DNA of 64,000 nt from Ruminococcaceae bacterium UBA6413 (GTDB taxonomy: Bacteria; Bacillota; Clostridia; Oscillospirales; Ruminococcaceae), in contig DJPL01000042.1 of the NCBI GenBank assembly GCA_002437415.1, forward strand, positions 91,752 through 155,751, written 5' to 3'. The first letter of the stretch is position 1. Each line of letters starts with the position of its first letter. A program made the position numbers and the translations under genes. A model generated the notes under the pieces. It had not been told where the DNA came from and made no database searches. It saw only the letters and a program-made list of their open reading frames with translations. Below, piece by piece: positions 50,473 through 61,551 of the stretch.

Positions 50473-51729
50473 ATGAGGATAGCTCTGTTTACAGAAACAT
50501 ATTTACCGAGCATCAACGGTGTAGTCACCCATGTAAAAACATTAAAAGAAGGTCTTGAGGCGCTCGGACATACCGTTATGGTAGTTACCGCAGACTCAAG
50601 AGTAAATAACCACGTTATAGCGGACGATGTTATGTATTGTCCCGCTGTCAAGCTCAAAAAGATATATAATTATGATATAGCTCCGCCGATAAGCAAGGAG
50701 CGACTTGATAAGATAAAGAGCTTTGCTCCGGATATAATCCATATCCACAACGAATTCGGTGTAGGAATATCGGGTGTGCTTATTGCGCGAACCCTCAAGG
50801 TTCCTCTTGTATACACGCTCCATACAATGTATGACGACTATGTGTACTATGTAGCAAAGACCAAGGGCTTTGTCAAGCTCGTGACCTCGGCAAGCCACCT
50901 TTACGCAAAAATGCTGGCTTCTACAGCATCGGCAATTACAGGTCCTTCTCCGAAGGTTTCGGAATATTTCAAGCTCTGCGGTGTCAAGAAGCCAGTTCAC
51001 GTTATTCCGAACTCGGTTGAGCTTGATGTTTTCAAGCCCGAAAATGTTGATAAAAACGCCGCTCTTGAAATGAGAAGAAAATTCGGCTTTGCAGACGACG
51101 ATATGGTTTACTGCTTCTGCGGTAGACTCGGTAAAGAGAAGAACATCACACTTTTGCTTCAGTACTGGGCTAAGAATGTAAAGCCCGAGGATAAGCTGAG
51201 GCTGTTTATCCTCGGTGACGGACCTTTGCACGAACAACACTGCAAGGAAGCACAGGAATACGGCATAGCCGATATGGTAAAGTTCGCGGGAAGAGTAGAA
51301 CACCCCGATTTACCCGTGTATTACGCTTGCTGTGACGCGTATATCACCGCTTCGCTTTCCGATACCTGCTCAATATCAATGCTTGAGGGTATGGCAATGC
51401 ATCTGCCTGTTCTCAGCCTTAAGGACGACCTTAATGTCGGACAGGTCAAGGACGGTATCAACGGCTATAACTTCACCGATGCAGACAGTATGTACGAGCT
51501 TCTTAAAAAGCTCCGCGATATGCCGAAGGCAGAGCTTGCAGAGTTTGGCAGACAGACAAGAGAGTCGATAATAACATCGGGTGCCGTTCGCCTTGCAAAC
51601 GACCTGCTGGATGTCTATAAAGAGGCGATGGAGGTATATAAGAAAAAGAACAGAAAACGCAAGTTCAAAAAGCGCTATCGTGTCATCAGACACAGATATG
51701 TCAGACGCTCAAGAAATTACAAGAGTTAA
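50473..51729 (+). CDS. GT4 glycosyltransferase (diacylglycerol glucosyltransferase-like)
   Basis: MRIALFTETYLPSINGVVT, YTLHTMY, GRLGKEKN. Confidence 0.88.
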   Translation: MRIALFTETYLPSINGVVTHVKTLKEGLEALGHTVMVVTADSRVNNHVIADDVMYCPAVKLKKIYNYDIAPPISKERLDKIKSFAPDIIHIHNEFGVGISGVLIARTLKVPLVYTLHTMYDDYVYYVAKTKGFVKLVTSASHLYAKMLASTASAITGPSPKVSEYFKLCGVKKPVHVIPNSVELDVFKPENVDKNAALEMRRKFGFADDDMVYCFCGRLGKEKNITLLLQYWAKNVKPEDKLRLFILGDGPLHEQHCKEAQEYGIADMVKFAGRVEHPDLPVYYACCDAYITASLSDTCSISMLEGMAMHLPVLSLKDDLNVGQVKDGINGYNFTDADSMYELLKKLRDMPKAELAEFGRQTRESIITSGAVRLANDLLDVYKEAMEVYKKKNRKRKFKKRYRVIRHRYVRRSRNYKS

Positions 51730-51783
51730 AGCGATCTATGCTCCGTGTTATCCGATACGGAGCATTACTTTTAGAGGTGTCAT

Positions 51784-52566
51784 ATGTCACAGATCGATAT
51801 ACGTTTCTTTTCACAGTCGCTGAACCGCTATTCATCTTTTAAAATGTACATTCCCGACGATAAGCGCAACTACGGCGGCACTTACGATAAAGAAAATATG
51901 AAAACGTTGTTTATCCTGCACGGTTATTCTCAGGACGGCAACAATTGGATACCGGATCATATCGCGGAAAAATACAACCTTGCTGTTGTGATCCCTCACG
52001 GTGAAAATTCATTCTGGCTTGACGGCTTGTCAACGGGGCATAAGTATTGTACTTATGTTGGTGACGAGCTGGTGCGGTATGTGCGAAATACATTTGATCT
52101 TGCCAAAACGCCGGAAAATACTGCGATAATGGGTTATTCTATGGGCGGCTTCGGCGCACTTCATACCGCATTCACTTATCCCAAAACATTCGGCAAGGTA
52201 TGCGCCTTGTCTTCTGCACTTATCGTACATGAAATAGCAGGAATGAAAGAGGGCGGCGGAAACGATGTGGCAAATTACGATTATTATCACGAATGCTTCG
52301 GCAACCTCGATACGGTAATTGACAGTGATAACAATCCCGAAACACTTATAAAGCGCCTTAACACGCAAAGAAAGAAAATACCGCAGATATATATGGCTTG
52401 CGGCACAGAAGATTTTTTGCTTGATAATAACAGGCAGTTCCACGCATTTCTTAAAAAGGAAAACGTACCTCACGTTTATCTTGAAAGCAAAGGCGGTCAC
52501 GATATGACCTTCTGGAGCGAATATGTAGTTAAGTTCTCTGATATGATGTTCGGTAAAAAGGAATAA
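51784..52566 (+). CDS. Alpha/beta-hydrolase esterase (acetylesterase-like)
   Basis: LHGY, nucleophile elbow GYSMGG, CGTED, GGH. Confidence 0.88.
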   Translation: MSQIDIRFFSQSLNRYSSFKMYIPDDKRNYGGTYDKENMKTLFILHGYSQDGNNWIPDHIAEKYNLAVVIPHGENSFWLDGLSTGHKYCTYVGDELVRYVRNTFDLAKTPENTAIMGYSMGGFGALHTAFTYPKTFGKVCALSSALIVHEIAGMKEGGGNDVANYDYYHECFGNLDTVIDSDNNPETLIKRLNTQRKKIPQIYMACGTEDFLLDNNRQFHAFLKKENVPHVYLESKGGHDMTFWSEYVVKFSDMMFGKKE

Positions 52567-52569
52567 GGC

Positions 52570-52604
52570 TATGCCCACAAGCGAAAATATCGTTTGTGGG
52601 CATA
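52570..52604. terminator. Hairpin between convergent genes (probable bidirectional terminator)
   Basis: TATGCCCACAAGCGA / TCGTTTGTGGGCATA. Confidence 0.7.
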
Positions 52605-52611
52605 ATTGTTA

Positions 52612-53154
52612 TTAGACATCTTCCATCTGTTTTCCGAAATACATAGCCGCCGCCTCAACGAGAGCCTTTGTCTTGTCGTCAACCGTTGAGTTTTCCTTAT
52701 CCGACAGCATTATTACAGCACCGTTTACATCACCGTCAGCCATTATAGGCGCACAGGCAACGGCAAAGCGGTCAACACCCTCAATAGGGTTCATTTTAAC
52801 GCCGTCAGCGGTTCGGTACAGGGATTTTCTCTGTTCGATAAGATCTTCAAGCGAGCTTGAAACTCTGCGCTCAAGCACTTCCTTTTTCTGAATGCCCGAT
52901 GCCGCTATTACATGGTCGCGGTCGCATATTACCGTAGGCATTCCTCCGACCTTGTAAAGTACATCTGCATATTGTCCGGCTGTGCCTGATATTTCGCCGA
53001 CGGGGGAGTATTTTCTGAAAATAACCTCGCCGTCCACGCTTGTATATATTTCAAGCGGTGTGCCTTCCCTTATCCTCATTGTTCTTCTTATTTCTTTAGG
53101 TATTACGACTCTTCCGAGATCGTCAATACGTCTTACAATTCCCGTAGCTTTCAT
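52612..53154 (-). CDS. spoVT: Stage V sporulation protein T
   Basis: MKATGIVRRIDDLGRVVIPKEIRRT AbrB-type domain plus GAF-like C-terminus. Confidence 0.95.
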   Translation of the reverse strand: MKATGIVRRIDDLGRVVIPKEIRRTMRIREGTPLEIYTSVDGEVIFRKYSPVGEISGTAGQYADVLYKVGGMPTVICDRDHVIAASGIQKKEVLERRVSSSLEDLIEQRKSLYRTADGVKMNPIEGVDRFAVACAPIMADGDVNGAVIMLSDKENSTVDDKTKALVEAAAMYFGKQMEDV

Positions 53155-53200
53155 TATATGACATTCCTTTCTGAAGAAACTGTTTTTGCTCTTACAAACA

Positions 53201-53229
53201 TATTATTCCTTGCGATGTGTCAATTATTC
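53201..53229 (-). promoter_or_regulatory. Putative sigma-G/F-type promoter of spoVT
   Basis: GAATA-17bp-AATAATA on minus strand; spoVT is a forespore gene in Bacillus and Clostridium. Confidence 0.45.
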
Positions 53230-53344
53230 AGAAATTTGTCACATATTGAGTTTTCGGCTCGTTTATTCATTCGAAGCTTTCAGATACGACTGTGCTTTTG
53301 ATGTTGATTTTAAACAGAAAATGTAGTATAATAACGTGTAATAA

Positions 53345-53932
<588 letters not shown>

Positions 53933-53956
53933 ATGTTTATCCTTTCGTGATCGCGA

Positions 53957-54625
53957 TCAGTCGGTGTTTATACGGTCAAGACGCTTTTCGGCGTTTTTGA
54001 TAAGGCTCAGAAGCGCTGTGCCTTGCTTATCGTATTCGGCTTCGATAGAATTTGTAGTGATTGAAGGAGCGTTATCCGCGTCGTTTGCGGCGGCATCGGC
54101 AGCTGCACCCACTTCAAGGCATATAGCGCTGTCGATAAGATGAAGAGCAGATGTCGGTGATACTCCGAAAAGGCTTTCGTTATTCTTGCTGTTAGCATTG
54201 TATGTTATCCTGAACGCTTTGTAGACAGAAAGCGTCAGCATCGAAGAAACGCTCTTGCTCAGCTTAGAAGATTTTATCTTCTGTAAAAGAGAGAAGATGA
54301 CCTCTATGCTGTTGGTTATAAGCTTTTTATTAAGAGCAAGCATAATGTCGCCCGATTTTGAATCACTCGCATTGCCGCCGTCAGGTATATCGCTCTCGGT
54401 GATTATACCGCCGTTTGAAACGGGAGAACGTCCGAGCAGATAATCTGTGGAAACATTATAATAGTCTGCCGCTTTTACAAGGAATTCAAGACCGCATTCA
54501 CGCTTGCCCTTTTCATAGTGTGACAGGAGCGCCTGAGCTATGCCCAGATCTGCGGCAACCTGTTTTTGTGTAAGCCCACGTTCTTTGCGGAGCAGGGAAA
54601 GTATCCTCGGAAAATCGGTGTTCAT
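53957..54625 (-). CDS. XRE-family HTH transcriptional regulator
   Basis: LRKERGLTQKQVAADLGIAQALLSHYEKGKRE...VSTDYLLGRS. Confidence 0.88.
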   Translation of the reverse strand: MNTDFPRILSLLRKERGLTQKQVAADLGIAQALLSHYEKGKRECGLEFLVKAADYYNVSTDYLLGRSPVSNGGIITESDIPDGGNASDSKSGDIMLALNKKLITNSIEVIFSLLQKIKSSKLSKSVSSMLTLSVYKAFRITYNANSKNNESLFGVSPTSALHLIDSAICLEVGAAADAAANDADNAPSITTNSIEAEYDKQGTALLSLIKNAEKRLDRINTD

Positions 54626-54807
54626 TATTTGACCTCTCTTAATCTGACAATATTCACAAAGTATATTATAGCGGAGTTATTCCCGATTGTAAAGCGTGAT
54701 TTTATACAAAAAATCGAGTGCTTTTTTATATAATAACCCCATATTAAAACAAATTTCGCCGATTTCGGCATAAATATCAGTAAAAACAGACCGAAAGGAA
54801 GTAAAAA

Positions 54808-55416
54808 ATGAAGAATTACAGGCTCTATCTTATCCGTCACGGAATTACTCAGGGTAACCTTGAGGGAAAATATATCGGCACTACCGACCTGCCGCTTTGC
54901 GAGGAGGGTGAAAACGCCATTTCATCGCTTGCGGCGCTTGACGTGTATCCTAAGGTGCAAAAAGTGTATTCAAGCCCGCTGAAGCGTTGCCTTCAGACTG
55001 CCGACATAATTTACCCAGAGCGCCTTTTAAAGCGCATTGACGGAATATCCGAGATAGATTTCGGCGACTATGAGGGCAAGACGCAGGCTGAGCTTCAGAA
55101 TGACGAAAAGTACCTTGAATGGCTCAAGGGCGGATATGACGCCGCACCACCGAACGGCGAGAGCTTCGGGCATTTCACATTAAGATGCCTTGACGGACTT
55201 GAAGAAATATTCAAGGATATGATGGCAAACGAGGTAACATCTGCGGCTGTTATCACACATTCGGGAGTTATTATGAATCTTCTTTCGGGATACGGTCTGC
55301 CTAAAATGAAGCCTATTGACTTTGCCTGCAACCAGGGCGAGGGCTTTGAGATACAGCTCAGCACATTTCTGTGGCAACACGGTCCTGTCTTTGAGATAGT
55401 GGGAAAATTATTCTGA
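54808..55416 (+). CDS. Histidine phosphatase family protein
   Basis: LIRHG, YSSPLKRCLQTA, EIDFGDYEG, ITHSG. Confidence 0.9.
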   Translation: MKNYRLYLIRHGITQGNLEGKYIGTTDLPLCEEGENAISSLAALDVYPKVQKVYSSPLKRCLQTADIIYPERLLKRIDGISEIDFGDYEGKTQAELQNDEKYLEWLKGGYDAAPPNGESFGHFTLRCLDGLEEIFKDMMANEVTSAAVITHSGVIMNLLSGYGLPKMKPIDFACNQGEGFEIQLSTFLWQHGPVFEIVGKLF

Positions 55417-55434
55417 TAAAAACGAGGAAAAACA

Positions 55435-57576
55435 ATGGATATTTTAAAGCAGTTAGCGGAAGAATTCAAGATAAGAAACACTCAGGTAGAGAACACCGTA
55501 AAGCTAATAGATGACGGTAATACGATACCGTTCATTTCACGATACAGAAAAGAAGCTACAGGCGGACTTGACGACCAGCTTTTAAGAGAGCTCAGCGAAA
55601 GACTTACCTATCTGCGCAATCTCGAAAGCAGAAAGGAAGAAGTTAAAAATCTTATTGAAAACGGCGGTAATCTGACCGAAAAGATCGAAAGCGACCTTGT
55701 TAGCGCCAAGACGCTTGCGGAGGTAGAGGACATCTACAGACCGTTCAAGCCCAAGCGTAAGACAAGAGCGGTCATAGCTAAAGAAAAAGGTTTACAGCCG
55801 CTTGCGGATTTCATTCTTGCCCAGACGCCGGCTTCACCGACAATCGAAGCTCAGAATTATATCAGTGAGGAAAAGGGCGTTACCTCGGCAGACGATGCAA
55901 TAAACGGCGCGCTCGACATCATCTCGGAAACAGTTTCTGACGATGCAGACCTGCGTAAAAAGCTGTACGCCGAGTACACCGGTCACGCACTTATCGTGTC
56001 CAAAGCAACCGATGAAAACGCTGAAACGGTCTATAAAAATTACTATGACTACAGCGAGCTTGCGTGCAAAATACCTCCGCACAGGCTTTTGGCACTTGAC
56101 AGAGGCGAACGCGAGGAAGCGTTAAAGGTTACGGTACAGCCGGACGAGCAGTGGGTAATGAAGCATATCTACAGAGCATACGTCAAGGCAGAAAACGACT
56201 GCGGCAGACTGGTGCGCTCCGCGTGCGACGACAGCTTCAAGCGCCTTATTCACCCCTCACTTGAACGAAGGCTCAGAAACGAGCTTACCGAGAAAGCCTG
56301 CGACAGCAGTATACATACATTCTCGGACAACTTAAGACAGCTTCTTATGCAGCCGCCTGTCAAGAACAGCGTTGCACTGGGTTTTGACCCTGGCTACCGG
56401 ACAGGCTGTAAGGTCGCAGTAGTAGACGCTACAGGAAAGGTACTTGATACATCTGTTGTATATCCTACGCCACCGAAAAGCGACATCGCGGGTGCGGATA
56501 AGATAATAAAATCGCTTATCGAAAAGCACAAGGTCGACATTATCGCCATAGGAAACGGCACGGCAAGCCACGAGAGCGAAGTGTTCATTGCCGATCTGCT
56601 AAAGACGATCGACCGCAAGGTAAGCTATATGGTAGTTTCCGAAGCGGGCGCGAGTGTATATTCTGCAAGTAAGCTTGCGGCTGAGGAATTCCCCGAGTAT
56701 GACGTTTCACTGCGAAGTGCAGTATCGATCGCAAGACGACTTCAGGACCCTCTTGCTGAGCTTGTAAAGATCGACCCAAAGGCAATCGGCGTAGGTCAGT
56801 ATCAGCACGATATGCCGCCCGCAAAGCTGTCCGAGGCACTCGGCGGAGTAGTAGAGGACAGCGTAAACAGCGTCGGTGTAGACCTGAATACCGCGTCTGT
56901 TTCACTGCTCAGCTATGTTGCGGGCATAAACTCTGCGGTAGCAAAGAACATAGTTGCCTACAGAGAGGAAAACGGTGCGTTTACAAACCGCAAGGAGCTT
57001 CTTAAGGTCGCAAAGCTCGGCAAGAAAGCCTTTGAGCAGTGCGCAGGATTTATGCGCATTCACGGCGGTAAGTACCCGCTTGATAATACCTCGGTACACC
57101 CCGAAAGCTATAAGGCGGCAGAGGCTCTTCTCGACAAGTGCGGATTTAAGCTTGCCGATGTATCGGGCGGTATTCCGTCTATCAAGGAGCAGGTAAAAAG
57201 CATAGGCGTAAAGAAGCTGTCCGATGAGCTCGGCATAGGCGAGATGACGCTTGCGGATATTACAAACGAGCTTGCAAAGCCCGGCAGAGATCCCAGGGAT
57301 GAGCTTCCCGCTCCGCTTCTCAGGACCGATATTGCCGATATAAACAGCTTAAAGCCCGGTATGATACTTGACGGTACGGTCAGAAATGTAATAGATTTCG
57401 GTGTATTTGTCGATATCGGCGTACATCAGGACGGACTTGTACATATCTCGCAGATATGCGACAAATACATAAAGCACCCTCTTGAAGCGGTAAAGGTCGG
57501 AGATATCGTAAAAGTAAAAGTGCTGGGTATCGACCCCGCAAAAAAGCGCATTTCTCTTACTATGAAGGGAGTATAA
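55435..57576 (+). CDS. tex: Tex family RNA-binding protein
   Basis: TIPFISRYRKEATG, DPGYRTGCK, EAGASVYSAS, GVGQYQHD, C-terminal S1 domain. Confidence 0.95.
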   Translation: MDILKQLAEEFKIRNTQVENTVKLIDDGNTIPFISRYRKEATGGLDDQLLRELSERLTYLRNLESRKEEVKNLIENGGNLTEKIESDLVSAKTLAEVEDIYRPFKPKRKTRAVIAKEKGLQPLADFILAQTPASPTIEAQNYISEEKGVTSADDAINGALDIISETVSDDADLRKKLYAEYTGHALIVSKATDENAETVYKNYYDYSELACKIPPHRLLALDRGEREEALKVTVQPDEQWVMKHIYRAYVKAENDCGRLVRSACDDSFKRLIHPSLERRLRNELTEKACDSSIHTFSDNLRQLLMQPPVKNSVALGFDPGYRTGCKVAVVDATGKVLDTSVVYPTPPKSDIAGADKIIKSLIEKHKVDIIAIGNGTASHESEVFIADLLKTIDRKVSYMVVSEAGASVYSASKLAAEEFPEYDVSLRSAVSIARRLQDPLAELVKIDPKAIGVGQYQHDMPPAKLSEALGGVVEDSVNSVGVDLNTASVSLLSYVAGINSAVAKNIVAYREENGAFTNRKELLKVAKLGKKAFEQCAGFMRIHGGKYPLDNTSVHPESYKAAEALLDKCGFKLADVSGGIPSIKEQVKSIGVKKLSDELGIGEMTLADITNELAKPGRDPRDELPAPLLRTDIADINSLKPGMILDGTVRNVIDFGVFVDIGVHQDGLVHISQICDKYIKHPLEAVKVGDIVKVKVLGIDPAKKRISLTMKGV

Positions 57577-57577
57577 G

Positions 57578-58093
57578 ATGATAGACTCAGAATTAAAATA
57601 TACCTCAGAAAATGTCGGAGAATTTGTAAAGTACAACATTTTCGGCAAAAACAAAGCGTCAAAGGTATATGTGATATGCTACCTTGTCGCAATGGGACTT
57701 ATTGCGGCTGTCGGCATCATACTTGCTATAATCACACAGATGTGGTGGTTTATATTTGCTACCGTTATCTGCGGACTGCTTATAGCCGCAACCGCACTTA
57801 TACTTTCTGCGACGCTTAAAAAGTACACAAAAGAGATTTTTAATGTCAACTCAAAAAACGGATATGACGGCATTGAGATAACCGCAAGCAGTATTGTGCT
57901 CAAAAACGGCGGTGCGGCAAAAGCTATTGCCGAGTGGACTGCCGTAGCCTCTGTTGACTTCAATAAATCAAGCGCTTATATCGTAACTCATGACGGATAT
58001 CTTTTTATAATAAGTGAAAATGATATCAGAGAGGGCTCGCTTGACGAACTTCGTCAGATAGCAGATGAAAAGCTGGTGAAGGCTGATGACTAA
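57578..58093 (+). CDS. Two-TM membrane protein (YcxB-like)
   Basis: Two hydrophobic helices then soluble domain with W..V..V motif. Confidence 0.6.
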   Translation: MIDSELKYTSENVGEFVKYNIFGKNKASKVYVICYLVAMGLIAAVGIILAIITQMWWFIFATVICGLLIAATALILSATLKKYTKEIFNVNSKNGYDGIEITASSIVLKNGGAAKAIAEWTAVASVDFNKSSAYIVTHDGYLFIISENDIREGSLDELRQIADEKLVKADD

Positions 58094-58703
58094 TTATCAG
58101 CTTGAAACCGACAGGATCATAAAATCGCTCGACCACGCTCCGACGCTTTTTCTTCATGCGTGCTGTGCGCCGTGTAGCAGTTATGTGCTGGAATATCTTG
58201 CGGAGCACTTCAATATCACGGTGTTTTTCTATAATCCGAATATAACCGAAAAGGACGAATACGAAAAGCGTAAAAACGAGCTTAAGCGGCTTATAAGGGA
58301 AAAGCCTTTCCGATATCCCGTTAAAATGATAGACGGTGATTATGCTCCCGATTTATTTTTTGCTATGGCTAAAGGAAAAGAGCATATCCCCGAGGGCGGA
58401 GAACGCTGTTTTTTATGCTATGAAATGCGGCTGAGAGAAACCGCAAGGCTTGCAAAACAGCTCGGATATGAGTACTTCTGCACAACGTTGTCCGTTAGCC
58501 CGCATAAAAATGCTGCAAAGCTGAACGAGCTCGGCGGCAGACTCAGCGAAGAATACAATATACCTTATCTCTACTCGGACTTCAAAAAGTGCAACGGATA
58601 CAAGCGCTCGATAGAGCTTTCCGCCGAATACGGCTTGTATCGGCAGAATTATTGCGGTTGTATCTACAGCCGTATGCAGGCTGAACGTAAAGAAAATGCT
58701 TAA
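58086..58703 (+). CDS. queH: Epoxyqueuosine reductase QueH
   Basis: LHACCAPCS, FYNPNI, RCFLCY, SPHK, YRQNYCGC. Confidence 0.93.
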   Translation: MTNYQLETDRIIKSLDHAPTLFLHACCAPCSSYVLEYLAEHFNITVFFYNPNITEKDEYEKRKNELKRLIREKPFRYPVKMIDGDYAPDLFFAMAKGKEHIPEGGERCFLCYEMRLRETARLAKQLGYEYFCTTLSVSPHKNAAKLNELGGRLSEEYNIPYLYSDFKKCNGYKRSIELSAEYGLYRQNYCGCIYSRMQAERKENA

Positions 58704-58813
58704 ATTTCAAGGAGTAGCTGTTACATTCAAAATCTGAAAATTATCTGAAACCGATTGATTTTTCCCTTACATTGTGGTAGAATAATGGATAGTTTATGTA
58801 AGCAAAGGAGTTT

Positions 58814-59656
58814 ATGATGTTAAAAAAAATATTAGCGGGTATTTTATGTACCGCAGCAATGATAACTATGGTCGCCGGTTGCTCCGGTGACAGCACAACG
58901 TCCGGCAATACGTCCGTTGACCCATCTGCAAGCCTAACAGGCAATACAGGTGATGTAAAGCTTGAAAAAGGCGATAAATACGCTGTAATGACTATCAAGG
59001 ACTATGGCGATATAACAATAAAGCTATATCCCGATGCCGCACCAAAGGGCACTCAGAACTTCATTGACCTTGCTAACAGCGGATACTACAACGGAAAGAC
59101 ATTCCACAGAGTAGTAGCTGACTTTATGGCGCAGGGCGGTAAGGATTTCACGGGCGAAACCAATGTTGAAAACTTCGGCATTGAAACCAATTACAATATG
59201 CGTCATTTCTACGGTGCTTTATGCTACGCAAATGCTATGGGTAAGAATTCTACCGAGTTCTATATTGTAAACAACAAGAATTCTCAGGATTACGATAATT
59301 TCAGCACAGCAAGGATCGACAACAATATACAGGGCTATGAGGATTACGCTAAGCAGTACGACAAGGATTCTCAGGAATACACCTACTATATGTTCCAGGC
59401 AAACTACTACAGAAATTTAAAGCAGTTCATTGAAAATATGGACGATGCCACAAAGGCTAAGTATAAGGAAGTCGGCGGTACGCCCTCACTTGACGGTAAC
59501 TACACCGTATTCGGTCAGACCGTAGACGGATTTGACGTTCTTGACAAGATATCCGCTGTTGAGGTAGAAGAAAACGATGCCATGGGCGGCGAAGAAGTAA
59601 GCAAGCCCAAGACTGAAATAGTCATTGAAAAGGTTGAGATCAAGGATTACGAATAA
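58814..59656 (+). CDS. Cyclophilin-type peptidyl-prolyl isomerase, lipoprotein
   Basis: Lipobox VAGC; FHRVVADFMAQGG; LDGNYTVFGQ. Confidence 0.9.
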   Translation: MMLKKILAGILCTAAMITMVAGCSGDSTTSGNTSVDPSASLTGNTGDVKLEKGDKYAVMTIKDYGDITIKLYPDAAPKGTQNFIDLANSGYYNGKTFHRVVADFMAQGGKDFTGETNVENFGIETNYNMRHFYGALCYANAMGKNSTEFYIVNNKNSQDYDNFSTARIDNNIQGYEDYAKQYDKDSQEYTYYMFQANYYRNLKQFIENMDDATKAKYKEVGGTPSLDGNYTVFGQTVDGFDVLDKISAVEVEENDAMGGEEVSKPKTEIVIEKVEIKDYE

Positions 59657-59663
59657 TATCACC

Positions 59664-59689
59664 ATACCGCTCGTCTGAGCGGTATTTTT
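59664..59689 (+). terminator. Terminator after the PPIase gene
   Basis: ATACCGCTC-GTCT-GAGCGGTATTTTT. Confidence 0.8.
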
Positions 59690-59706
59690 GTGCCTTATAT
59701 CCATAT

Positions 59707-59742
59707 AAAACAAGCCGCCCTGCTAACAGAAGCAGAGCGGCT
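59707..59742 (-). terminator. Terminator of the hydrogenase operon
   Basis: Minus strand AGCCGCTCTGCT / AGCAGGGCGGCT followed by TGTTTT. Confidence 0.75.
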
Positions 59743-59761
59743 CGTTTTTATATAATGGGTG

Positions 59762-61513
59762 TTACTTGCTTAAATGACTTGCTTTATATGAGGTATGGAG
59801 TATCTCATGAGCAATGTGACTGCCGGGTTCTTCGAGGAAGTTTGCATATACTTCCTTGACATCGGGGCTCTCGTGTGACTTTCTGAGCTTGTTAGCGTCA
59901 TCAAGGCTGTAGAGCGCCTTTGCACGCTCGGCGCGGATATCCGTGAAGTTGCGAACATCTGCAGGCTGGATCACCTGACCGCCGCCGTTTACACAGCCGC
60001 CGGGACAAGCCATGATCTCGATGAAGTGGCATTCAACCTCGCCGTTCTTAACCTGAGTAAGGAACTTCTTTGCGTTTGCAAGACCTGATACAACGGCTAC
60101 CTTAACAGTAAGATCGCCTACCTTGTATTCGGCAGTCTTGATACCCTCTACGCCTCTTACGTCCTTGAACTCAACAGGGCTGTCAGCTGTTTCGCCTGTC
60201 AGCTTCCATACTGCTGTACGAAGAGCAGCCTCCATAACGCCGCCTGTTGCACCGAAGATAACAGCAGCACCTGTGCCGTTTCCTAAAGGTGAATCAGCGA
60301 CCTCATCGGGGAGATCCCTGAAGCGTAAGCCTGCACGGTTGATCATCTTTACAAGCTCTCTTGTTGTGATGGAAATATCAACATCGGGAACGCCTGCGGC
60401 AGACTGATCCTCTCTGCCTATCTCGAATTTCTTAGCTGTACAGGGCATAACTGATACGCTGACAATATTCTTGGGGTCGATACCCATCTTCTTTGCCCAG
60501 TATGTCTTTGTTATGGCACCGTTCATCTGCTGAGGTGACTTGCAGGTCGACAGGTTCGGGATAAATTCGGGGAAGTAAGCTTCACAGAATCTTATCCAAC
60601 CGGGTGAACACGATGTGATCATCGGCAGAACACCGCCGTTTGTAACTCTGTCAAGGAATTCGTGCGACTCTTCCATAATTGTAAGGTCAGCACCGAAGTT
60701 TGTATCAAATACAGCGTTGAAGCCAAGTCTGCGCAGTGCCGCAACCATCTTGCCCTCAACGGGAGTACCCATAGGATAGCCGAATGCTTCGCCGAGCGAC
60801 GCTCTTACTGCGGGAGCAGTCTGAACAACAACTACCTTTTCGGGATCTGCAAGCGCGTCCCATACCTTATCTGTATCGTCCTTTTCGGCAAGTGCGCCTG
60901 TAGGACAGGCTACGATACACTGACCGCATGATACACAGGCAGTTTCTGCAAGCTCAAGGTCAAATGCACAGTCAATGCTTGTCTTGAAGCCTCTGTTGTT
61001 AGCGCCTATTACGCCGATACCCTGGAGCTTGTCGCAGGCGGCAATACAACGGCGGCAGTGGATACACTTGTTATTATCACGGAACATATGCTTTGAGCTG
61101 TAGTCGATCTCGTATTCGTTCTTTTCACCCTCAAAGTATGTTGTGTCGTCAACACCGAGCTCCTTACACAGCTCCTGCAATTCGCAGGTGCCGTTTCTTG
61201 AACACGCAAGACAGTCCATATTGTGATTTGAAAGCAGGAGCTGTAATGTCATCTTTCTGCTCTGCAAAACAGCAGGGGAGTGAGTCATTATGTTCTTGCC
61301 CTCGTCAAATTTTGATAAGGGATATACACATGATGCAACAAGGCTTCTTGCGCCGGTCATCTCAACTACGCAGATACGGCACGCACCGATCGCATTGATA
61401 TCCTTTAACCAGCAGAGAGTAGGTATTCTGATGCCGTTCTGACGACATGCTTCAAGGATCGTTGTACCTTCTTTTACCGAGTACTCTATGCCGTTAATCT
61501 TTATATTAACCAT
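59762..61513 (-). CDS. hydA: [FeFe]-hydrogenase catalytic subunit (group A)
   Basis: H-cluster motifs TSCSPGW, MPCTAKKFE, MACPGGCVNGGG; N-terminal Fe-S domains; GAAAGGA SD before ATG 61513. Confidence 0.95.
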   Translation of the reverse strand: MVNIKINGIEYSVKEGTTILEACRQNGIRIPTLCWLKDINAIGACRICVVEMTGARSLVASCVYPLSKFDEGKNIMTHSPAVLQSRKMTLQLLLSNHNMDCLACSRNGTCELQELCKELGVDDTTYFEGEKNEYEIDYSSKHMFRDNNKCIHCRRCIAACDKLQGIGVIGANNRGFKTSIDCAFDLELAETACVSCGQCIVACPTGALAEKDDTDKVWDALADPEKVVVVQTAPAVRASLGEAFGYPMGTPVEGKMVAALRRLGFNAVFDTNFGADLTIMEESHEFLDRVTNGGVLPMITSCSPGWIRFCEAYFPEFIPNLSTCKSPQQMNGAITKTYWAKKMGIDPKNIVSVSVMPCTAKKFEIGREDQSAAGVPDVDISITTRELVKMINRAGLRFRDLPDEVADSPLGNGTGAAVIFGATGGVMEAALRTAVWKLTGETADSPVEFKDVRGVEGIKTAEYKVGDLTVKVAVVSGLANAKKFLTQVKNGEVECHFIEIMACPGGCVNGGGQVIQPADVRNFTDIRAERAKALYSLDDANKLRKSHESPDVKEVYANFLEEPGSHIAHEILHTSYKASHLSK

Positions 61514-61551
61514 AGTAAAATTTATTCCTTTCAGTGATCCGTCAAACAGGA

